From sequence record MN122072: DNA of 52,288 bases, one strand, 5' to 3'. This DNA comes from Escherichia phage vB_EcoM_Bp10. The position numbers were made by a program, and so were the translations under genes. How positions within the stretch are numbered: the first letter of the stretch is position 1; each line of letters begins with the position of its first letter. Of the stretch, positions 9,473-19,349 are shown one piece after another. The notes under the pieces are model-generated. The model was given only the letters and a program-made list of their open reading frames with translations. It was not told the origin of the DNA and did not search any database.

Positions 9473-9946
9473 ATGCCAAAGCAAGATTGGTCTATTAATA
9501 CTGGTGAAGCATATGCAGGTGAACAATACGGCCTGGCTACCACCAACTCCCAGCGCCTGACTTACGTTGCCGAAGAAGAAATGGCAAACTTTGGTCTGGC
9601 TGTTGTTCAAGGCACGGCCTCTAATCAGGTTAAACCTGGTATTGAATCTGATGGCACTGTTCTGGGCATTACCATGCGCCAGATTAACATCGAATCTGCT
9701 ACTCGTCCTGGTGACGGTACTGTTGCTATTAAAGTTGGCTGGCCTCTGGGCGTTATGCTGTCTGGCCCAATCATGGTCAAACTGAAAACCGCAATCACCG
9801 ACAAGAACATCGGCGTATCCACTAAAGGTGAATTTGGTGGCGTTGGTGCTGGCTATACTAAGGCAACCAACCTGACTGCCCTGCGTTATCCGGCTTCCGC
9901 TGGTGATGTTGTCCCGGTCATGATTAACGTAGTCCCAAAGCCGTAA
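9473..9946 (+). CDS. head-associated structural protein (decoration-like), zero-frame product
   Basis: 157 aa with capsid-like codon usage, directly upstream of the major capsid gene; terminates 3 codons after a CCCAAAG slippery heptamer. Confidence 0.5.
   Translation: MPKQDWSINTGEAYAGEQYGLATTNSQRLTYVAEEEMANFGLAVVQGTASNQVKPGIESDGTVLGITMRQINIESATRPGDGTVAIKVGWPLGVMLSGPIMVKLKTAITDKNIGVSTKGEFGGVGAGYTKATNLTALRYPASAGDVVPVMINVVPKP
9934..9940 (+). other. candidate -1 programmed frameshift site (C CCA AAG)
   Basis: Canonical X_XXY_YYZ heptamer in the zero frame, two codons before the stop; the -1 frame is open from here to 10239; imperfect hairpin at 9957-9987. Confidence 0.5.
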
Positions 9947-10239
9947 CGCCACCTCCAGCTCCTACAGTATCTGCTGTAGCAGGAGCTGTAACTGCTGACG
10001 CATCTGTATCTGATGCCACTGTGACTGTGGACAAACTGTTTAAGTTTGAGAACTCCACAGCAACAGACTATCACTTCGCTGTTACACCTCCGGTGACTGG
10101 TGTTTCCGTGGCGGCAAACGGCACTGTGACTGTCCTGAATGAGACAATCACAGGTACTTCTGCGACAATCAAGGCAACAAATAAAACAGCATCTGGCGTA
10201 ACTGCAACCAAAGAAATTACCATTACGCCGAAGGCTTAA
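9940..10239 (+). CDS. -1 frame extension: Pro/Ala/Thr linker plus Ig-like (BIG2-like) domain
   Basis: Translation AVTPPPAPTVSAVAGAVTADASVSDATVTVDKLFKF...TATKEITITPKA; the -1 frame has no stop between 9928 and 10239; beta-rich Thr/Val pattern typical of Ig-like decorations. Confidence 0.5.
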   Translation, partial: AVTPPPAPTVSAVAGAVTADASVSDATVTVDKLFKFENSTATDYHFAVTPPVTGVSVAANGTVTVLNETITGTSATIKATNKTASGVTATKEITITPKA

Positions 10240-10294
10240 GTTGCACTGGCGCAATTAATAGTTGCGCCTAACCAAACAATATGGATTAAATTAC

Positions 10295-11302
10295 ATGCCT
10301 AAGATGATTAAACTGGCGGACGGTTCTGAATTCGAACTGAACGACGCTATCACCCGTATTCAGGATTCTGGCACTGTTGTCCTGAATGACGACGATGCAG
10401 TATTCTTTCAACGCCAGCTTGAGTACATTGAAGCTCAAACTTACGACACTCTGTATCCAGAACTGGAAGCTCGTGCTGCTTTCGGTGTGGACACTACTGG
10501 TGGTGCTGGCGTAAACACTCTGACCTACCGTTCTTACAACCATGTTGGTAAAGCTCAGGTAATTAATGCCCGCGCAACCGACCTGCCGAAGTCCAGCATT
10601 TCTGGTAAAGAATACAGTATCCCTGTTAAATCTGTTGGTACTGCATTCGACTACGATATTGATGAAGTGGCATCCGCTGCTGTTACTGGCCTCCCTCTGG
10701 AAACTCGTAAAGCAAATGCTGCTATTCGTGGTTATGAACAGTATGTTAACTCTGCTGCATGGTACGGCGATAAAGCTAACGGCTTTGTTGGCTTCTTCGA
10801 AAACCCAGACATCACCAAAGCAACTGTTGCTCAGGGTGCTAGCAAGTCTACCAAGTGGGCCGAGAAGACTCCGACCGAAGTTATTGCCGACCTTACTGCT
10901 GCTGTGTCTGCAATGTATGCCTCTACTCTGAAAATCATGCGCCCGGACGAAATCTGGATGCCTGTTGAGCATGAGCAGTACATCTTCAACACTGCACGTT
11001 CTGAACAGTCTGACAAGACGATTGGTCAGTTCTTCATTGACAACAACCAGTTCATCAACTCCCGCGATAAAATCAAGGGTCTGAACGCAATCAAAGGTCA
11101 CGGCGATTCTGGTTCTGATTGCTTCGTTGTTGTTTGCCGCAATGCAATGGGCAACCGCACTTTCCGTCTGCGTGAACCTCTGCCGCTGACCTGGCAACCG
11201 GTACAGCTTCATGGCCTGGTTTATGAAGTTCCTGGTCGTGGTCGTTTCGCTGGCTTCCAAGTGATGTATCCGGCAGCAATCTCCATCAACTCCGGCATCT
11301 GA
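10295..11302 (+). CDS. major capsid protein (HK97-fold candidate)
   Basis: About 335 aa, strongly optimised codon usage, follows portal and scaffold genes. Start uncertain: TTG 10262, ATG 10295 or ATG 10304. Confidence 0.7.
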   Translation: MPKMIKLADGSEFELNDAITRIQDSGTVVLNDDDAVFFQRQLEYIEAQTYDTLYPELEARAAFGVDTTGGAGVNTLTYRSYNHVGKAQVINARATDLPKSSISGKEYSIPVKSVGTAFDYDIDEVASAAVTGLPLETRKANAAIRGYEQYVNSAAWYGDKANGFVGFFENPDITKATVAQGASKSTKWAEKTPTEVIADLTAAVSAMYASTLKIMRPDEIWMPVEHEQYIFNTARSEQSDKTIGQFFIDNNQFINSRDKIKGLNAIKGHGDSGSDCFVVVCRNAMGNRTFRLREPLPLTWQPVQLHGLVYEVPGRGRFAGFQVMYPAAISINSGI

Positions 11303-11348
11303 TAAATAGGGCGGGACTGTTCTCGCCCATAACTTAAGAGAAATAGTA

Positions 11349-11789
11349 ATGCAGATTAAGAACAACGAATCACGCAACCTTCAATTCTTCTTCTATAAGA
11401 AGGGAAAGTCTGGCAAATCTGAACTGGACTTTATTCACATTCCTGGTGGCGCAACTGTAGAAATCGACGATGAAATCTACAAATCTCTTACGGAATCCCT
11501 GACGGAAGTTGAAGAACTGCGCGAAGAAGTGGTTCCGCTTGATGACGAGAATATCGGTGCTTCTGTTAAGACCGGTAAAGAAGCTCTTGTCATTAAAGAG
11601 TATTACAGCACTGGCAAAACTCGCAAAGTCAACCTGGTTAAAGAGGCAATCAAAGCTGGCTCTCTTACCATTGTTGAACGTGTGAAAGTTGGTATGCCTG
11701 ACATTGATGCTATTCTGACTAAGAATGGTATTGATATTAAGGGCATGCCGGAAGACGTTAAACTGGCACTCTACGATAAGTTGGCGTAA
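11349..11789 (+). CDS. hypothetical structural protein
   Basis: ORF in the head-completion position after the capsid gene; no motif. Confidence 0.45.
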   Translation: MQIKNNESRNLQFFFYKKGKSGKSELDFIHIPGGATVEIDDEIYKSLTESLTEVEELREEVVPLDDENIGASVKTGKEALVIKEYYSTGKTRKVNLVKEAIKAGSLTIVERVKVGMPDIDAILTKNGIDIKGMPEDVKLALYDKLA

Positions 11790-12179
11790 ATGATAACACT
11801 GACCGATTTGGTTAAACGTTATCCGGCAATGGCTGACATGACCCCAGAGCGTTTTGATATTTTAGTTGAAGATGCGAAACTCATCATGGGGACAATCGAA
11901 TCGCGTTGGTGTGGGTTTTATGACCCAGCTATGGCATCACTTGTAGCGCATTGGTCTGCAACAATTGACGACCTAATGCCTGGTGATGCCGCAATGCCAG
12001 CTATGCCTGTTAGTCGTACCGATGTGGACGATGTTCAGGTAGAGTTTAGCGACCGAATCATTTCAACAATTCCTTATGTTGAAGCTGATTTCATGTCTAC
12101 TGTGTACGGTCAACGTTACTTGCAATGGCGGCGAATGGCATTTGCTGGGCCGAGGGTTAGCCCTGGGTCACAGTTTTGA
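11790..12179 (+). CDS. head-tail connector / head completion protein (candidate)
   Basis: Position between capsid and tail sheath genes; start overlaps the upstream stop. Confidence 0.4.
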   Translation: MITLTDLVKRYPAMADMTPERFDILVEDAKLIMGTIESRWCGFYDPAMASLVAHWSATIDDLMPGDAAMPAMPVSRTDVDDVQVEFSDRIISTIPYVEADFMSTVYGQRYLQWRRMAFAGPRVSPGSQF

Positions 12180-12538
12180 TTAACCAGCGTCGAGCATTTA
12201 ACCGCTACACAACCACTCGTATGTATCTTGAGGTATATCAAGAAGGTTACTACGATGACAAAAATAATTGGGTTGGTGATTCATATGCTCCAAAGAAACC
12301 CATCCGATGTACTCCCATACCTTATGGTGACAGGGATTCTGGCGTAAGCGGCCAATCGCTTAAAGCCACAGAAGTCGGAGAGCGCCAACCTGCATTCATG
12401 CAAGTACATTCCCGAACTGAAATGCCGATGAAGTCTATCCTAACTATCTACGGCCTTCGTTATAAAGTCATTTCTGTTTCTGACTACAAGGCAGCTGGAT
12501 TTTTCGAAGTCATTGCTGCTAAGGAGCTAGAGAAATGA
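12176..12538 (+). CDS. neck / tail completion protein (candidate)
   Basis: 4-nt overlap with neighbours in the head-to-tail joining block. Confidence 0.4.
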   Translation: MINQRRAFNRYTTTRMYLEVYQEGYYDDKNNWVGDSYAPKKPIRCTPIPYGDRDSGVSGQSLKATEVGERQPAFMQVHSRTEMPMKSILTIYGLRYKVISVSDYKAAGFFEVIAAKELEK

Positions 12539-13047
12539 TTTACGATGAAGATATTCAGGCAATGAAGGATATTGTGGACGTCTGTGTTGGCGTCCCACGC
12601 TTCTCTTATGAGATGCAGATGAACGCACCTCGACCATCTGATAACTATGCCGCAATAAAATGCGTGTCGTCAGTTAATCCAGGCTTTGATGAAACTCGAA
12701 TCGAAGTACGCAATGGTGAGGAGGTATTTGTTACGAGAGGGGTTCGAATCTTAACCTTCTATATTCTTTTCTCACGTCGTGGGAGTGAATATGTTAAGTT
12801 TGACAATTCCTTCTTCCGTCCAGATGTTCAGGCCATGCTCAAGAGTAAAGGCTTTGCAACACTTGACAAAAATCCACTGAATCTTGCCTCGTTAACTCTT
12901 GAGACTAATTGGGAATTCCGAGAAGGAATCCAAATCAAATTCAATGTTCTGCGTGAAGACGTAATGAGCATTGGAACAATGTCTGACGCCAGTGTTGGCG
13001 GCAAATTCTACGACGGTGGTGAACCCATCCTAATTAAGGGAATCTAA
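12535..13047 (+). CDS. neck / tail terminator protein (candidate)
   Basis: Overlapping stop-start with neighbours, immediately upstream of the sheath-like gene. Confidence 0.4.
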   Translation: MIYDEDIQAMKDIVDVCVGVPRFSYEMQMNAPRPSDNYAAIKCVSSVNPGFDETRIEVRNGEEVFVTRGVRILTFYILFSRRGSEYVKFDNSFFRPDVQAMLKSKGFATLDKNPLNLASLTLETNWEFREGIQIKFNVLREDVMSIGTMSDASVGGKFYDGGEPILIKGI

Positions 13048-14496
13048 ATGGCAATTCCAATTTCCGACATCATCCAGGTCAACATCGCGGTAAGTCCTAA
13101 CGCTGTTGCCGTGGAAGGTTTTGGTCCTCTTCTGTTTCTGAGTAAAGAGTTTACTCCAACTCCGGGCGAAGCTGTTCCTGTTCGCCAGTATACTAGCATG
13201 GCTGCTGTATCTGCTGATTTCCCATCTGGTGAAATCTATCAAGCTGCATTAGCATGGTTCTCTCAGAAGCCAACTCCAAAGTATTTCCTCGTGGGTGCTA
13301 TTACTCATGAAGATGTTACTCTGGCAACTCCTGGTACTGTAACCGCATCTTCTGCTGCGACCCTGGAAACCATTAATGCAGTAACTAATGGTGTTCTGTC
13401 CATCAATATTAATGGCGTTGATAAGTCCACTGCACCTATCAACTTCTCGTCTGCAAAAGACTTTGCTGCTGCTGCATCAATGATTAATGCCGCATTTGTT
13501 GCTGCTGACATTCCTGCAACTGCTTCGCAGACCACAGGCACTTTCAAAATCACTACTAACGACACTGGTTCCACTGCTATCATTGGTAACGTGTATGGTT
13601 CTGCTGCTGAGGCATTTGAGTTAGATTCTGCTTCAAGCCCTGTACATGTTCAAGGTACTGATGAAGTGTCTATCGGCACCGACCTGAATGCAATCTTGAA
13701 CTCTGCGTTCGACTTCTTCTTTGTTGCTATTGACCGCAAATATCGTGGCAGTGCTGAGGGTAATAACCAGATGACTGTTGCTAAGTGGGCAGAAGCAAAC
13801 GGCAAAGTGTTTGGTTGGGCCGATAGCGACCCGCAGATTCTGGTTCCTGGTGCTGAGTCTAGCTTTAAGCGTGCCAAAGAGCAGAACCTCCAACGTACTT
13901 TGTTGGTGTATGATGCGTCTGATAATGGCGACGAATATCCAGAAGTTTCTATCCTGGGTCGTGCATCTACTGTTAACTTCAACGTTGCAAACTCCTCGCT
14001 CGTTCTGGCGTTTAAGCAAGGTCCAGCTATTAAGACTGCTGACTTGTCCCCGAACCAGCTTGCTGCACTTGAGCGTGTGAATGGTAACGCATTCATCAAC
14101 GTTGGTGGGAACACCATGTTCTACAACGGCAAGATGGCTGACGGTACTTGGTTCGATACCGTGCAGGGTGTTTCTTGGTTAACCTCCAAGATTCGTGCTA
14201 ACGTGTTCAACCTGTTCTACACTTCCACTACCAAGATTCCTTGGACAGACACTGGTGTTGCACTGGTGAACCAGCAAGTAACCCTGGCTCTGGAACTGGC
14301 AGTGACCAATGGTCTGATTGCCCCAGGTTACGACAATGAAGGCAACTTCTACCCTGATGGTTACAAAGTCTTGTCTACTGACTTGGCTCTTATGCAATCT
14401 CAGAAAGGTGCTCGTATCTGGGAAGGCACTTCCTTCATTGCAATTGGCTCTGGCGCATTGCAGGGTGCAGTTATCTCCGGCAACTTCGTTCAGTAA
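13048..14496 (+). CDS. tail sheath protein (candidate)
   Basis: 482-aa protein followed by a 151-aa tube-like protein, a frameshifting chaperone and a tape measure, the standard contractile-tail order. Confidence 0.55.
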   Translation: MAIPISDIIQVNIAVSPNAVAVEGFGPLLFLSKEFTPTPGEAVPVRQYTSMAAVSADFPSGEIYQAALAWFSQKPTPKYFLVGAITHEDVTLATPGTVTASSAATLETINAVTNGVLSININGVDKSTAPINFSSAKDFAAAASMINAAFVAADIPATASQTTGTFKITTNDTGSTAIIGNVYGSAAEAFELDSASSPVHVQGTDEVSIGTDLNAILNSAFDFFFVAIDRKYRGSAEGNNQMTVAKWAEANGKVFGWADSDPQILVPGAESSFKRAKEQNLQRTLLVYDASDNGDEYPEVSILGRASTVNFNVANSSLVLAFKQGPAIKTADLSPNQLAALERVNGNAFINVGGNTMFYNGKMADGTWFDTVQGVSWLTSKIRANVFNLFYTSTTKIPWTDTGVALVNQQVTLALELAVTNGLIAPGYDNEGNFYPDGYKVLSTDLALMQSQKGARIWEGTSFIAIGSGALQGAVISGNFVQ

Positions 14497-14506
14497 GGTG
14501 CGATAA

Positions 14507-14962
14507 GTGAAACAATATTCTTTCTATAATACCGACCTCATTATCGACGGTGCTCGTGTAGATGGTTTTACTTCTGGTAACTCTATCATCACTGCTCGTC
14601 GTAACGCACCTCAACACCTGCCTGTTATTGACGCGTATGGTAAGTTGGCTGTAGCTACTACGGCTGACTTGTCTGGTACTATTACTTTCCCGCTTCTGCA
14701 AACCGCAGACTGGAACGAAATCCTGTACAGCCGTGCTCAGTTAACTCAGGCAACTGGTCTATCTGGCAACAAATCTCTGTGGCAACCGCTCCAGATTCAG
14801 ATTGTTGACAAGATGGGTGATGTGCTGGTCAACGGTGTAAACGGCGCTATCTTGCAGCAACCTGCAATTCAGCGTGGTGTGTCCTTCACGTCTAACGTGT
14901 GGTCTATCTTTGTAGAACGCCTCCAGATTAAGACTGGCTCTTATCCGGAGATTGGCGTTTAA
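14507..14962 (+). CDS. tail tube protein (candidate)
   Basis: 151 aa, between sheath-like and chaperone genes. Confidence 0.55.
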   Translation: MKQYSFYNTDLIIDGARVDGFTSGNSIITARRNAPQHLPVIDAYGKLAVATTADLSGTITFPLLQTADWNEILYSRAQLTQATGLSGNKSLWQPLQIQIVDKMGDVLVNGVNGAILQQPAIQRGVSFTSNVWSIFVERLQIKTGSYPEIGV

Positions 14963-14973
14963 TTGGAGTAAGT

Positions 14974-15432
14974 ATGGCTTGTGAATTGCTTCAACGTGAA
15001 TTCACAAACTCCAAAGGTGAAACAGTGTTAGTCGTTGTTCGACAATTGTCGGCTTCGGCTGCACTGTCTCTTCACGCGGAGTTGGTAAGCAAGCTAGGCT
15101 CACGAGTATTCCCATTCATCGAAGGCAAATATAACTTCGCTGATATTATATACTTGATGCAGCAAGTGGAGCATACCGTATTCACAGAATTGTTTAAGCG
15201 TGTTATCAGCATGCACTCGTCCATAGATGGACAAGAAATCAAACCTGCATTATATGATATGCAGTTTAATGGCGAATTGATGTTGTCTTGCCATGTCTTT
15301 GCTTTCGTGCTCGAAGCAAACTTCCTTGATTTTTTCAAGCAAGGGCTCGAAATCAACGAACAGAGACGATTGGAGGCGGAGGAAGCATCCAAGCTGGCAG
15401 AGCAGAAGAATTCGAGTCCGGAGACAGTTTAG
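14974..15432 (+). CDS. tail assembly chaperone, short form
   Basis: 152 aa immediately upstream of the tape measure; contains the TTTTTTC slippery heptamer near its 3' end. Confidence 0.6.
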   Translation: MACELLQREFTNSKGETVLVVVRQLSASAALSLHAELVSKLGSRVFPFIEGKYNFADIIYLMQQVEHTVFTELFKRVISMHSSIDGQEIKPALYDMQFNGELMLSCHVFAFVLEANFLDFFKQGLEINEQRRLEAEEASKLAEQKNSSPETV

Positions 15433-15608
15433 TATCCCTGTTCCCCGACATAAAATATTTTCTGCATCGTCCTATAATCGAAGACAGTTCTCTTTGCAAG
15501 TTACATGAATTGCAAGATGGAACCTATTCGATTATGGACTTATTGCTATTCCACGACATTCTCGATTTGCGTAAGAAACTCGAACCAGTAGATGAAGACA
15601 ATGGCTAA
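15330..15608 (+). CDS. tail assembly chaperone -1 frameshift extension (long form)
   Basis: Heptamer T TTT TTC at 15330-15336 in the zero frame; the -1 frame is open from 15330 to TAA 15606-15608, ending at the tape-measure start. Confidence 0.5.
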   Translation, partial: FFQARARNQRTETIGGGGSIQAGRAEEFESGDSLVSLFPDIKYFLHRPIIEDSSLCKLHELQDGTYSIMDLLLFHDILDLRKKLEPVDEDNG

Positions 15609-18600
15609 TCAAAAAGATTTAATGAAGTTGAGCGTTAATGAGTTAATTGCATTAGGCTCTCAAAGCGGTCTGACTTTCCACGCTGGTATGAAGAAGTCGC
15701 ACATGGTTCAACAACTTAGTGCGAGCGCTGCTTCGGGATGGCTGGATACAAATGCAGAATTAATGGGTGGGTCGTTTGAAGACGACAGTTTAATTACTGA
15801 ATCTCTGGGCGACTCTTCCATGATTTCAGACGCTGCCCACATTGCACAAGTGCTTTCAAGTGCAGGCTACACAGAAGCATTTCATGCAGCAATGAATGGC
15901 CCATCACACCATGTAGAAGCTGTTCACGCATACATGGAAAGGCTTGGTGTCAACACAGACGATGTGTGGATGCACATGCCAAAGCCAAATCCGAACTTAC
16001 CGCAAGGTAGTTTCAATATGCTTAATGCCTATATGCGAGATACTTTGCAAGGGCATCAAGACATTATGCCGGAAATCCCAGGCCATTATGCTGGCGATAT
16101 TATGGCAGAATACTCCACCAACCGTGGAAACATTGCTGACTCTTATAACTACATGGCCCACATGTATGTTGACCGAGAGCAATACAGCAATCATGAACAA
16201 TACGCAAGAGACATTAGTCGAGTTGCCAAACGTCTGGAACGAGAGTTACCCTCAGCCTTTAAGGAAGTTGGGTATACATCTGCATCTAATGTAGGAAATA
16301 AATCGGCCCCACATATTTCTTACATGGACGCACTCCCTCAGATTGGCTCTCCTTCAATTGTTTCTGGCATTGCACATCCTCGTGCGCCCCTTAACGCATC
16401 TGGACTTCCTCTCGGTTCTTATGGTTCTGGCATAAATCCAGAATACTCCCTCACTGCATCACTAACTGGTGGCACAGGTTGGAGCGAACCAAGCAAGGCT
16501 TTGTATTCTTCTATTAGTGAAGCTGTTAAATCTGCTGCCAAAGTTTATTCTGGCTCCAAAGGGATGCTGAATACCCGTCACGAAGTATCTGACCGTGACA
16601 TGATTATGGATAGTGCAACACGCTACACAGATTTGGAAGAAGCCAGGAGCGGGTACGAAAACCTTCGTTCTGAACTTGCAGATGAGCCAGCTTATTCTGC
16701 ATCAAGTGTTCGAGCTATTCTCGAAAACACTTATGATAAAATGGATGCCGAACCTGTTCGCATTCCAAAGATGAAGGGAGCTTCACAGCGAGTCGATAAA
16801 GATTCACTGTCAACATCTACAGATTTTACAGCACAACTTGGGGAGGCCACCAATTGGAACTCTGCAAGAATGCGTCGTGAGGAACTTGCGATTGCAAATA
16901 TGGATAGTGCTGGATTCCGTGATGTATCAGACTATGGTACAGGACGTTCCGAGTCCCCCGTCCGATTCCATGACTTAGAACAGGGCAGCCAAGAGTGGCT
17001 GGACTTCCGTAAAAATTATGACATAACTGGTTCAACTGTTGGAACCTTCTTAGGAAACAACCCATATACCCGACCTTGGGCTGGGATGATTGATAAGATT
17101 GGCTTATCTCGTAGTAAAGAGCACAGCGATTTCACCAAGAAGATGTTCGCTGATGGTCACAGGACGGAAGAAGAAGCACGCGCTCGTGTTGGTAAGGAAT
17201 TTGGATTCGATATCAAACAAACTGGCGCTATAACAAATGACAACTATCCCGCCTTCATGTATTCTCCTGATGGTCTTATTGGGGATGATGCCATTTGGGA
17301 GCACAAGAATCCGCAAAGGGCTGGTAAGTTTGCTGACCTTCTTAAAGGCGACCATCCAGATTACATGGACCAAATTCAATTTGGCTTGCACGTTTCTGGT
17401 CGTTCTCGTGCTCTGTTCTCACAAACCATCAACGACGAAACACGTTCACAATGGATTGAGAAGGACGAAGGATGGTACGAAAGAAACCGAAATCGCCTTG
17501 ATTCTGTGCTTGGCCGTCTTGATGCTGGGCGAGAGTTTGTTAGAAACAATGCTGGGCTAGGGCGAGAAGAGCTGATTGCTGGTGCAAGAAGTGCAATGAC
17601 TGGTGATGGAATCTGGAAGGATATTCGTCAAAAGTCCACTCGTGGCTATTCTGCTGCTGCTGGTACTCCAGAAGACCCGTTTATTGGCTCACGCTCTTCG
17701 TACAACCCAGAAGCATCCTACTCTGACTACAAGCCAAACTTTGTAATGCACGAGCAAAACTTTCCAGCAACCACAGGAAACGGTGATACTGGAAATGACT
17801 CGATGGCATTGTCTGTTAAGAAAGGTATTCTTGCTGCCCAGGAAGAAAACAGGCAGAAGGGTATTAGTGCAGATGCAGACTTTGATGGCAAAGCCGACTC
17901 AATGGGCTGGAACCGTGAAAGATTTGATGCTGCCAATGGCGGTGGATATTCTGGCGGTGGCGGTGGTCGTGGCGGCAACTTCACAAGTGGTGGCAACTAC
18001 TATGATGACTACGGTCGCATGGGTGGTTCGTTAGCTGCTGGCATTGCTGGTGGCAGTATTGGTTCAGCAACCAACGGAGTTATGCAAGCATTGATGGCGA
18101 CTCCTGCTGGGCGTATGGCTGCTGTAGGCATTGGTGCTATTCAGATTGGCAATGAAGCTGCTGAATACATGAATGACTTTATCGGCAACTCGCTTGATGC
18201 TGGTGTGATAAATCCTAATGAATATTCTTCCATGTCGCAAGGCTTGGAGATGTTAGGACTCAACTCACAACAAGCGGCACGTCTGAATCAAACCACACAT
18301 AGTGCCTACAACACCATGCTTAACGGCGACCCCAGCGCCGCTGTGAACATCGTTCGCGGAAGTAGGGGATTGCTCACCATAGGTGATATTCGTGCGACAG
18401 GCGGCGACCCTGTGGCCCTAGCTCGCATCATGCAGGAAAGGGGCAAGGAGCGTGGCTGGAGTCAGGCCCGTATCGCAGGTGCTGCCGAAATGGCTGGCCT
18501 GAATGGGATGGCCCGTGCCTACGACCGCACGGAATACAGCCATGAGCAAGCTGGTTCGGTGGTAGAAGCGGGTAGAAACTCTGACTTTGCCGAAGGCATG

Positions 18601-19317
18601 GCTCAGTCAGAAATGTTGCAGGGAAGCCGCGTACGGATGCTGCCGAGCTACAACGTGCCACAAAGTGTCTTATCTAACGGTGCTTCTGTATTCGAAGCTG
18701 GTAGCGATGCACTTGACGGTGTACGAACTGGATTCAACAAAACACGAGAATTTGCTGGAAGTGTTTACGACTTTATCGCTCAAGAAGAATCTGGCGGTAG
18801 TGAATATAACAGGGATGGTTCTCGTGTAACAAGTCGTACTGGTGCTCGTGGAATAATGCAAATTCTTCCTTCAACTGCCCGTGACCCAGGATTTGGAATC
18901 AAGCCGTCTGATGGAACTCCAGAAGATGATGCACGAGTTGGTCGTGAATACTATGACGCAATGTACAAGCGTTATGGCGACCACGAAAAGGCAATGGCTG
19001 CTTACACCGATGGTCCTGGCACTGTTGACAAAGCTATTGACAAGAATGGGCTGGATTGGCTAACTGCTGTTCCTGCACAAGCACAGAATCGCGTTAAAGC
19101 ATTCCGTGAATGGTCCAAGTCTTCTCAGTCTTTGGAAGAAGGTGCTACAGGGTTTACCCGTAATGGAATGTCATACGGACAAACCCAAACTGTTGTTAAT
19201 GTTAAGATTGATGCTAAGGTCAACAACCAGACTGCTTCTGCTACAGTTGCAATTCCTGGTGGCCAGACTGTGACTCAACAAATGAACATGAACAACGGTG
19301 CGCAACAAAGAAGGTAA
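15592..19317 (+). CDS. tail tape measure protein with lytic transglycosylase (SLT) domain
   Basis: 1241 aa following the chaperone pair; Gly-rich segments; ESGGSEYNRDGSRVTSRTGARGIMQILPSTA matches the SLT catalytic Glu-Ser and IMQI motif. Confidence 0.75.
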   Translation: MKTMANQKDLMKLSVNELIALGSQSGLTFHAGMKKSHMVQQLSASAASGWLDTNAELMGGSFEDDSLITESLGDSSMISDAAHIAQVLSSAGYTEAFHAAMNGPSHHVEAVHAYMERLGVNTDDVWMHMPKPNPNLPQGSFNMLNAYMRDTLQGHQDIMPEIPGHYAGDIMAEYSTNRGNIADSYNYMAHMYVDREQYSNHEQYARDISRVAKRLERELPSAFKEVGYTSASNVGNKSAPHISYMDALPQIGSPSIVSGIAHPRAPLNASGLPLGSYGSGINPEYSLTASLTGGTGWSEPSKALYSSISEAVKSAAKVYSGSKGMLNTRHEVSDRDMIMDSATRYTDLEEARSGYENLRSELADEPAYSASSVRAILENTYDKMDAEPVRIPKMKGASQRVDKDSLSTSTDFTAQLGEATNWNSARMRREELAIANMDSAGFRDVSDYGTGRSESPVRFHDLEQGSQEWLDFRKNYDITGSTVGTFLGNNPYTRPWAGMIDKIGLSRSKEHSDFTKKMFADGHRTEEEARARVGKEFGFDIKQTGAITNDNYPAFMYSPDGLIGDDAIWEHKNPQRAGKFADLLKGDHPDYMDQIQFGLHVSGRSRALFSQTINDETRSQWIEKDEGWYERNRNRLDSVLGRLDAGREFVRNNAGLGREELIAGARSAMTGDGIWKDIRQKSTRGYSAAAGTPEDPFIGSRSSYNPEASYSDYKPNFVMHEQNFPATTGNGDTGNDSMALSVKKGILAAQEENRQKGISADADFDGKADSMGWNRERFDAANGGGYSGGGGGRGGNFTSGGNYYDDYGRMGGSLAAGIAGGSIGSATNGVMQALMATPAGRMAAVGIGAIQIGNEAAEYMNDFIGNSLDAGVINPNEYSSMSQGLEMLGLNSQQAARLNQTTHSAYNTMLNGDPSAAVNIVRGSRGLLTIGDIRATGGDPVALARIMQERGKERGWSQARIAGAAEMAGLNGMARAYDRTEYSHEQAGSVVEAGRNSDFAEGMAQSEMLQGSRVRMLPSYNVPQSVLSNGASVFEAGSDALDGVRTGFNKTREFAGSVYDFIAQEESGGSEYNRDGSRVTSRTGARGIMQILPSTARDPGFGIKPSDGTPEDDARVGREYYDAMYKRYGDHEKAMAAYTDGPGTVDKAIDKNGLDWLTAVPAQAQNRVKAFREWSKSSQSLEEGATGFTRNGMSYGQTQTVVNVKIDAKVNNQTASATVAIPGGQTVTQQMNMNNGAQQRR

Positions 19318-19323
19318 GGAGTT

Positions 19324-19349
19324 GGGGAGAAATCCCCAGCTTTCCTTTT
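19324..19349 (+). terminator. terminator-like hairpin (GGGGA-GAAA-TCCCC) with T-rich tail
   Basis: GNRA-looped 5-bp GC stem followed by AGCTTTCCTTTT, directly after the tape-measure stop. Confidence 0.45.

Noticed and set aside
10286-11377. 363-aa ORF on the minus strand opposite the major capsid gene, and similar long antisense ORFs at 799-1317, 3113-3646, 23495-24199, 26491-27033 and 50775-51452
   Set aside because: Each lies antisense to a + strand gene with clear motifs and optimised codon usage, and their translations are Cys/Ser/Arg-rich without domain features. Treated as antisense artefacts.
15293-15508. 71-aa + strand ORF overlapping the chaperone 3' end
   Set aside because: Very basic, low-complexity translation in a frame that does not connect to the slippery site; the frame reached by -1 slippage at TTTTTTC explains the region better.
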